Positions 57,841 to 64,000 of a DNA stretch of 64,000 bases are shown here, one piece after another. A program made the position numbers and the translations under genes. The DNA is taken from IMG/VR virus record IMGVR_UViG_3300027793_000055, positions 32,001-96,000 of that record; one strand, 5' to 3'. The DNA is from a virus. Position 1 is the first letter of the stretch. Every line of letters starts with the position of its first letter. The notes under the pieces were generated by a model, which saw nothing but the letters and a program-made list of their open reading frames with translations, made no database searches and was not told the origin of the DNA.

Positions 57841-60800
57841 TTATTTATCATTACAGTCTTTTTTATCGACAATCGATGGAATATCAATTTCTAAATATTC
57901 TCCAGAACCAAATTTTGTTATTTGTTTAACAACTTCTTGTTCTTTTGGATTTTTATTTATTATCACAATCGCATCTGTATTTAAATCATAAACTGTAGTA
58001 AATTTACGATCATAGGTCGATTTTAAGACATTAAATATTTGTTCTCTATCTTGTCTATTATCTATATCTCTTTCTTTCCACCAGAGACAGTTTGTATCTT
58101 CTTCAAGTGGTATTGGTGCGTGACCAAATTTCCAGTTATACTTTAGCTCGTTTATTGTACGAATTGCAGCAATTGGATCTTTCTTTCTGAATTCCAACGT
58201 TGGCAATTTGTGTCTATACTTGTTTCTTTCTAGAATATGGCTTTCTACTATGTTTGAAGCAATAGTAGTTGTACCCATCGAAGCTGGTATTATTTCTTGA
58301 ATTATCTTTCCTACTGACCAATCTATCCATTTATAAAATTCAACAAACTTCTCAAAGTCAGGTGTATTATCTACTTTTTCAAAGAACATTCTTCTTAAAA
58401 AAGATAGATCGCGATATTCCATTTCATATCTATCGGCCGGCTTACCAAGTAGATTATTAAATTGTTTTATTGTACCAATCCAACGTAACATCTCTTCAGA
58501 GATATTTTGATACATACTTTTTTCAATTGAAAGAAAATGGTTAACCGGCACCATATCTCTTACATATGTAATATCATCTTGTTGTAAAATACTGATCAGA
58601 TCATCGTTATTTAGGATCTCTGGTTGTCTTCTTTTTGCATTTGCTACATATTCATAAGCAACAACTTTATCATTATTTCTAAGGAAGAAGTCTCCTCTTC
58701 CTGGGTATAATCTTCTTGATATATCAGAAACAATTTCATATCTTGAAAGTTGATCAATTGAGCCAGAAGATAAATCTATAACATCAAAACCAGCGTCATT
58801 TAAACCAAGTGTGGGAGTACCGGCACCATTATCAGAAACTTCAATGCTATCAAATCTCCAATGTAACACAAGTGTTTCTGATTGTGGTATTGTTTGATCT
58901 TTTAGTTGCGTTATAAGAGCATTTTCAACATTTTGTACAAACGATTCTGGACCAGCATCAGTTATATCTAATGCGTGAGAAATTAATACTTCTTCTGGTA
59001 TATAATTTAACCAATATCTTACTGTACCAATCTGTAGATCAGAGAGTTGCTGTTTATTATCGCTACCAACTATTACAGAGCCTGTAAAATTTTGGTGATG
59101 TGAGCCAACGTACAATCTTTTATTTGCAGTAAAATATGCTTCTGCAATTGTCTTATCGATACTAGCTGAGACTATAAAACTCTCTTTTAGTATATCCAAT
59201 TCAGTATTAAAACCACTAAATTCTAGAATATAATCTCCGTTATCGGCACCTATAACAACACCATCAAAAGGATATTTTTCATTTTTTATTCTAATAGCAA
59301 AAAGCCACTTTTGATCAGTGTAAACATCTTTAAAGAGCGATGACGTTAATTGTACGCCAAAACAGGAAGATGAAAGTAGGAAGTATGAATCCTTTGATTC
59401 TCTTTCTGGTCTTACTCCAAAGATTTGAATACTAGCAGAATCATTTGTAGCCCATGTATTATAATCAACAGTTGATTGTGGCTGATGCATACCAAATACA
59501 GAACTACTTAAAAAGTTTGTTTCAAAATATTGATCTTCATTTATATCATATTTTCTTGGAAATATTGTTTCTATCTCGATTGTATTTCCAAAATATTTTG
59601 AATCAATATCACCAACTATGTATGCTAAACTATTTGGCTCACCAGATTGCGTAACTTGGTAAACAGTTCCTTCAAATCTATCTGGATTATTAAAATCTAC
59701 AAATTTTCTTTTTTGAGAAGTATATTCATATCTATCTTCGAAAGTAAAAGATTGATCATCGGCATATAAGTTAATCTTAATTAACTCAGTATCGATACCG
59801 AAGCATCTCAAGAGATTGCGAATAGATTTCTCTGTACCTTTTGAACGATAAATATATAAAATATTGTTATATATGTTTTGATAAATTGAATTTTTTATAT
59901 GATATATTTTTTCATCATATACATCTTGTTCATTTCTCGACAAGACAGTTTCTAGGATTGTCGAATCTGAAAATAATTCTACGGTACTTAATCCACGTGA
60001 TTCTACCAATCTTTTTGAAAATGGAAGAGGATTTTGTTTTCTAAAGTCCTCATCTTTCAAAGTTGGTAAACTTTGAATATGATAGAACATTTCATCTAGA
60101 TATTCTGATATGATCTGGGTTATTTCTAGTAGACCTTCACCCTTTTCTTGATCCTCTTCTAGAATCCAGCTAGCAAATGAATTATAGATTGATGAATTAT
60201 TCATCTGATCATATGAAATCGTTTTTTGTTGAAGTGTTTGTATTAAGATTAATACTTCGGGATGATTAGGATATAATATTGGATCGGCCGGTTCTTCTTG
60301 AGTGAATCCAGATTCTATTAAAGCAGAACCGGTTTCACGGCTTCCAACAGAATAACCAAACCAAGTACCATTAGAAATTCTACCAGAATAATCAATTACA
60401 TTTGCATCATATGCAGAGAATTGTTGATTATTAAATATTCCTTCATTAAACTTGTAGTAAACACCTAAATCTGTATTAGCATCATCGGTATTTGTACCAC
60501 CATATACTTCTGTAAAATAGAATCTAAAAATATCCTTATCTGTTCTTTTTGATTTCCAGTAACGAAACTCATCTAAAGAAGCAGATAATTTACCATATCC
60601 TAAACCTGCACTACCGGTATCATGTACCAGTGAACCAATTGTAGCCATCATTGGTCCCTGCACTTGTGAAACTGTTGTACCAGATAGTTCTTGTGAGAGT
60701 AATTCTCCGTCTTGGAAAAGTTGAAATGCAATAGTAGAATTGTCATTTTTTGCAGTTATAGCAATATGGTGCCAATTCGAATCAGTTATATTATTAGCTG

Positions 60801-61545
60801 CTAATAATACATCGTTTGCTCCATTTGTACCGGATACAAATGTGACATAAAAATTATTTTCTTCACCAATATTTCCTGGGTGGGTTTCAATGGTGAATCT
60901 TGCATAATCAGAAGAAGTAAAAGAAGCGCTATTCCATAAATCAAATATTACTTGTTTAGCAGAACCGGATAGATCTTCTTTTTTTATATAGAATTCTACT
61001 GTTACACCATCTTCACCGTTCAAACTAAGATTACTGGCTCTTTTAAAGTCCTCATTATAATAGTTTGATTTTCCAAATAGATTTTTGGCAGTGTCTGTCT
61101 GACTATAAGTATTTGGACCACCTTTGATTAATATATATTCAGGCTTATCAGTAATAGAATAGCCATTACTTGTACTGGTGATGGTACCGTAATCAAAGCC
61201 AAATTTTATAAAACCAGTGTTTCTTGGATATAAATTATTAAAAGTATAGTTTGTTAATAATGAACTACTATTAAACCACTCTGTCTTTTCGTTTCTAGAA
61301 CCATCATATGGAAAACTTTTATAAATTAATTTTATTGAATCTGCATAATATTTTTCTGCAGAACCAAACTTTGCAAAGTTTTCAGGTTCTGAAAAATCAA
61401 TATCTGGTATGAATCTGTCTTTTTCTATTCTTGCGGACTCTACTAATTTTACTGATTCTACCTCTTGACCGATAGTCTCGGGATCAGTTAATGGGAGTAT
61501 TTTTCCAGATTTTTTACCAAATAGATCTTTAATCGACATTATCAT
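57841..61545 (-). CDS. Baseplate wedge-type protein (gp7-like) with LamG domains
   Basis: WHHIAIT, LDEFRYW, IYRSKGT.KSIRNLLRCFG. Confidence 0.6.
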   Translation of the reverse strand: MIMSIKDLFGKKSGKILPLTDPETIGQEVESVKLVESARIEKDRFIPDIDFSEPENFAKFGSAEKYYADSIKLIYKSFPYDGSRNEKTEWFNSSSLLTNYTFNNLYPRNTGFIKFGFDYGTITSTSNGYSITDKPEYILIKGGPNTYSQTDTAKNLFGKSNYYNEDFKRASNLSLNGEDGVTVEFYIKKEDLSGSAKQVIFDLWNSASFTSSDYARFTIETHPGNIGEENNFYVTFVSGTNGANDVLLAANNITDSNWHHIAITAKNDNSTIAFQLFQDGELLSQELSGTTVSQVQGPMMATIGSLVHDTGSAGLGYGKLSASLDEFRYWKSKRTDKDIFRFYFTEVYGGTNTDDANTDLGVYYKFNEGIFNNQQFSAYDANVIDYSGRISNGTWFGYSVGSRETGSALIESGFTQEEPADPILYPNHPEVLILIQTLQQKTISYDQMNNSSIYNSFASWILEEDQEKGEGLLEITQIISEYLDEMFYHIQSLPTLKDEDFRKQNPLPFSKRLVESRGLSTVELFSDSTILETVLSRNEQDVYDEKIYHIKNSIYQNIYNNILYIYRSKGTEKSIRNLLRCFGIDTELIKINLYADDQSFTFEDRYEYTSQKRKFVDFNNPDRFEGTVYQVTQSGEPNSLAYIVGDIDSKYFGNTIEIETIFPRKYDINEDQYFETNFLSSSVFGMHQPQSTVDYNTWATNDSASIQIFGVRPERESKDSYFLLSSSCFGVQLTSSLFKDVYTDQKWLFAIRIKNEKYPFDGVVIGADNGDYILEFSGFNTELDILKESFIVSASIDKTIAEAYFTANKRLYVGSHHQNFTGSVIVGSDNKQQLSDLQIGTVRYWLNYIPEEVLISHALDITDAGPESFVQNVENALITQLKDQTIPQSETLVLHWRFDSIEVSDNGAGTPTLGLNDAGFDVIDLSSGSIDQLSRYEIVSDISRRLYPGRGDFFLRNNDKVVAYEYVANAKRRQPEILNNDDLISILQQDDITYVRDMVPVNHFLSIEKSMYQNISEEMLRWIGTIKQFNNLLGKPADRYEMEYRDLSFLRRMFFEKVDNTPDFEKFVEFYKWIDWSVGKIIQEIIPASMGTTTIASNIVESHILERNKYRHKLPTLEFRKKDPIAAIRTINELKYNWKFGHAPIPLEEDTNCLWWKERDIDNRQDREQIFNVLKSTYDRKFTTVYDLNTDAIVIINKNPKEQEVVKQITKFGSGEYLEIDIPSIVDKKDCNDK

Positions 61546-62972
61546 TCCTCAACGCGAAATTTAAAAACTTCCCTTTGTTCAATTTCTAAGCCAAATTCTT
61601 TAAACTTAAATTTAACACCATATGTATAACCTGGTTCAAAAATTGACATATCTAAGTCAAAATAATTACCAGTATCATCATATGACAATCTTGTATATTC
61701 TATGTCTTTATCACCATATGGAATAATTTCAAGATTATCAACTATTCTGAATATCTTGTAATATGCTTTTCTGATAGTGAAATTTTCTGCATTTGCTTTT
61801 GAGATTGTATAAATTGTAGGATCCCAATTTTTATCACGTACATACAAATTAAATCTTGCTTGCTCATTGGCAGAATAAACAGTCTTTAGATTTGTTATAT
61901 TTACGGAATAATCTGATATTTGAAAATCTGATTCGTTATCTCCGTCACCAGATTTAACATCAAATGCACTACCGGTATAATAATAAATATTATCACCATT
62001 ATGCCATACATCAAACAAAAGTTGTGCTTCTGTATTCACAACAACTTCAGCTTCATAAATTCCTTTTCTTATTCTTGTTGCTGCAATATAGCCTAGTCCA
62101 AAATTATTATCTAGTGGTACAGGTAAACCAGCTGGTCCTAGAGTACCAGAATAGATACTACAATATAGTTCTGTATTTGGATTACCAGCAATATCAGATA
62201 ATAAACCACGATGACGATTATACATATATAATCTGTTTATATTGTCTGCTTCCGGTGCTAGTGAACTACTCTTGTAAAAATAGTTTCTATCATCTCGTAT
62301 AGATTCATCAAATCGTGCTTCTATCCAAGGACGTTTATAAAAGAATTGACTTCCTCTAGCAAAGAACTTTTTAGTATAATATGTTCTTGAGCCACTTTCT
62401 ATAATATCTGGTAATTTTACTATTAATCCATTTGGTTCTACAGCACCGGTAATCCACATTTCTACAATCGAAGTGATATCTATTTCTAGATCTTCATTGC
62501 CTCTATCAAAATGTTGCTGAAATATGGTACCCGTTAAAAAATCGCCGCCCTGATTAGTCCAAGAAGAAGTCAAAGAGGAAGACAGCCAATTGGCAGCATC
62601 AATATCCGAATAACCTTCCATATCTAAACCTAAACCTTCTTCCCAGCTACTTGATACGGGATGAACTATTAGATCAAAGTTTCTTGGAGTAGTATAACCG
62701 TGTTCTGCATTACTCAGCTTGAGAACAAACTGTGTGTTGCCACTCACCGGAATATTTAGTTCTTGCCTATCCTGTATAATATCAGATATAGGAAAATCAA
62801 CTAAAATACGTGAGGCTTCCGAGGAAGTATTTGAAGCCTGAGCATATAACGAGTACACTTCTAGAACGTCAGATTCGCCCATATTTGAATTTAAAGCACG
62901 TGTCTTTAAATTAGATAAAAACCCATTTGTTATGGTAGTATCTTTATTTGCAAAATATCTCTTGATACCCAT
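61542..62972 (-). CDS. Baseplate-region structural protein
   Basis: Coupled to gp6-like gene; WEEG.G..W...GGDF carbohydrate-binding-like N-domain. Confidence 0.55.
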   Translation of the reverse strand: MGIKRYFANKDTTITNGFLSNLKTRALNSNMGESDVLEVYSLYAQASNTSSEASRILVDFPISDIIQDRQELNIPVSGNTQFVLKLSNAEHGYTTPRNFDLIVHPVSSSWEEGLGLDMEGYSDIDAANWLSSSLTSSWTNQGGDFLTGTIFQQHFDRGNEDLEIDITSIVEMWITGAVEPNGLIVKLPDIIESGSRTYYTKKFFARGSQFFYKRPWIEARFDESIRDDRNYFYKSSSLAPEADNINRLYMYNRHRGLLSDIAGNPNTELYCSIYSGTLGPAGLPVPLDNNFGLGYIAATRIRKGIYEAEVVVNTEAQLLFDVWHNGDNIYYYTGSAFDVKSGDGDNESDFQISDYSVNITNLKTVYSANEQARFNLYVRDKNWDPTIYTISKANAENFTIRKAYYKIFRIVDNLEIIPYGDKDIEYTRLSYDDTGNYFDLDMSIFEPGYTYGVKFKFKEFGLEIEQREVFKFRVEE

Positions 62973-64000
62973 TATAGCACCACTCCCTTGATATCGGTAT
63001 TTGGAAATTTAATTTCAAATATAACATTATCTGGACAATTAATGTATCTTCCGTCAGAAGACGTATTTTCGTCCATATTGTAAAATACATTCGAATAAAG
63101 TCCACCATAGTTATTGATAAATTTAACTTTTACTATATCTAGGACACCCTTTGTTTCTTTTAAGACCTTAAGAACATCTGAGTAGAAAAGTGGTTCACCA
63201 ATATCTCTAATTCTACTAAATTCTAGTTGAAGTGCATTTTTGCAGGCAATTAGCACATCATATTTATTGGTTTCTAGATCAGCAATTACACTAAAATTAA
63301 TAGAAAAATTAACCACTCTAGCATCTAAGATATCAATTGTATCATTAATCATTCTATTTTTATTAAGCCAAATCTTAATATTTTCTTTTACCACTAAATT
63401 AGTTGGTACAAGAAAACCTTTATCATCACTAGAAATTGTATATAAATTTAAGTTTCTTCTAAAAGAATTCTGATCTCTTACAACGTTTGCTCTTTTAACG
63501 CGCCCAAATTCTGCTGGCATTTTATATAGCAAAGCTTTGTAGTCTTCTTTGGTAACTGCTCTACTTTGTGCTGCATATGCAGTACTTGCTATTGTTTTTA
63601 ATTCACGAGAATTTAGTAATCTAGTATCGCCGGTAATTGGCTCTTCATTTGTTACTTCAAGACTATTTTTTATTTGATTTTTAATATCAACACTTATTGC
63701 AGATGGATTTGGAAATTCTAATCTGGCTGCAGCTACATTTTTAATTGATGCAGCTGATGCATTAACATTTGCAGAAGTATTGGTACGTGCTGTTATAGTT
63801 AAAGTAGTATTAACTGGTACAATACCAAATTTATCTGTTTCAATTAAATTGGTAGGATCAAAAGAGTCACTAGCAATATAGTTTTTACCATAAACACTTA
63901 AAGCTACAGTAGAAGGATCTGCAACGCTTTCACGGTTTTTATTTGTCTTATCTTGTCCTTGACCAAATTGCAAATAATTTATACCATTAATCTTTTCTAT
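62972..64000 (-). CDS. Baseplate wedge protein (gp6-like), C-terminal part; 5' end beyond window
   Basis: Frame open to the edge; YLQFG, QSRAVT.EDY, FEIKFP..DI.G. Confidence 0.75.
   Translation of the reverse strand: MEKINGINYLQFGQGQDKTNKNRESVADPSTVALSVYGKNYIASDSFDPTNLIETDKFGIVPVNTTLTITARTNTSANVNASAASIKNVAAARLEFPNPSAISVDIKNQIKNSLEVTNEEPITGDTRLLNSRELKTIASTAYAAQSRAVTKEDYKALLYKMPAEFGRVKRANVVRDQNSFRRNLNLYTISSDDKGFLVPTNLVVKENIKIWLNKNRMINDTIDILDARVVNFSINFSVIADLETNKYDVLIACKNALQLEFSRIRDIGEPLFYSDVLKVLKETKGVLDIVKVKFINNYGGLYSNVFYNMDENTSSDGRYINCPDNVIFEIKFPNTDIKGVVL

Noticed and set aside
2615-63473. Plus-strand and short overlapping ORFs in the track (e.g. 8512..8934, 41476..42015)
   Set aside because: They are antisense or out-of-frame shadows of well-supported minus-strand genes, without RBS or motifs.
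1-64000. Stop-codon reassignment, tRNA or rRNA genes
   Set aside because: Core genes are full length in the standard code, intergenic gaps are short, and I saw no cloverleaf or rRNA-like sequence.

Overview
64 kb of an AT-rich, large T4-like myovirus (jumbo-phage type) genome. All credible genes lie on the minus strand. In transcription order: baseplate genes (gp6-like, cut by the right edge), several fibre genes, a RuvC-like resolvase, accessory cluster 2, primase, GIY-YIG endonuclease, an SbcD-SbcC gene split by a LAGLIDADG endonuclease, a putative holin and spanin-like protein, terminase, portal, prohead protease, ribosomal protein bS21, a long fibre, scaffold, major capsid protein, accessory cluster 1, neck/tail-completion genes and the tail sheath (cut by the left edge). 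The most striking feature is seven accessory genes with unrelated surface-type domains (LamG, FG-GAP propeller, Gly-rich, Ig-like) that all begin with M(G-I/L)FFY, always encoded TTT-TTT-TAT. Three of them sit right after the capsid gene as cassettes separated by identical 33-bp terminator repeats plus a promoter-like motif, and a decayed fourth cassette survives as a ~100-bp remnant. This looks like a swappable virion-display system. Other points: an intein-free split Mre11/SbcD with charge-complementary ends, an ACTA(T/A/G)TTA motif upstream of 15 genes, a domain shared by the neck protein and the long fibre, and an unannotated 21-aa Cys-rich ORF. All functional calls come from motif recognition by eye; no database searches were run.
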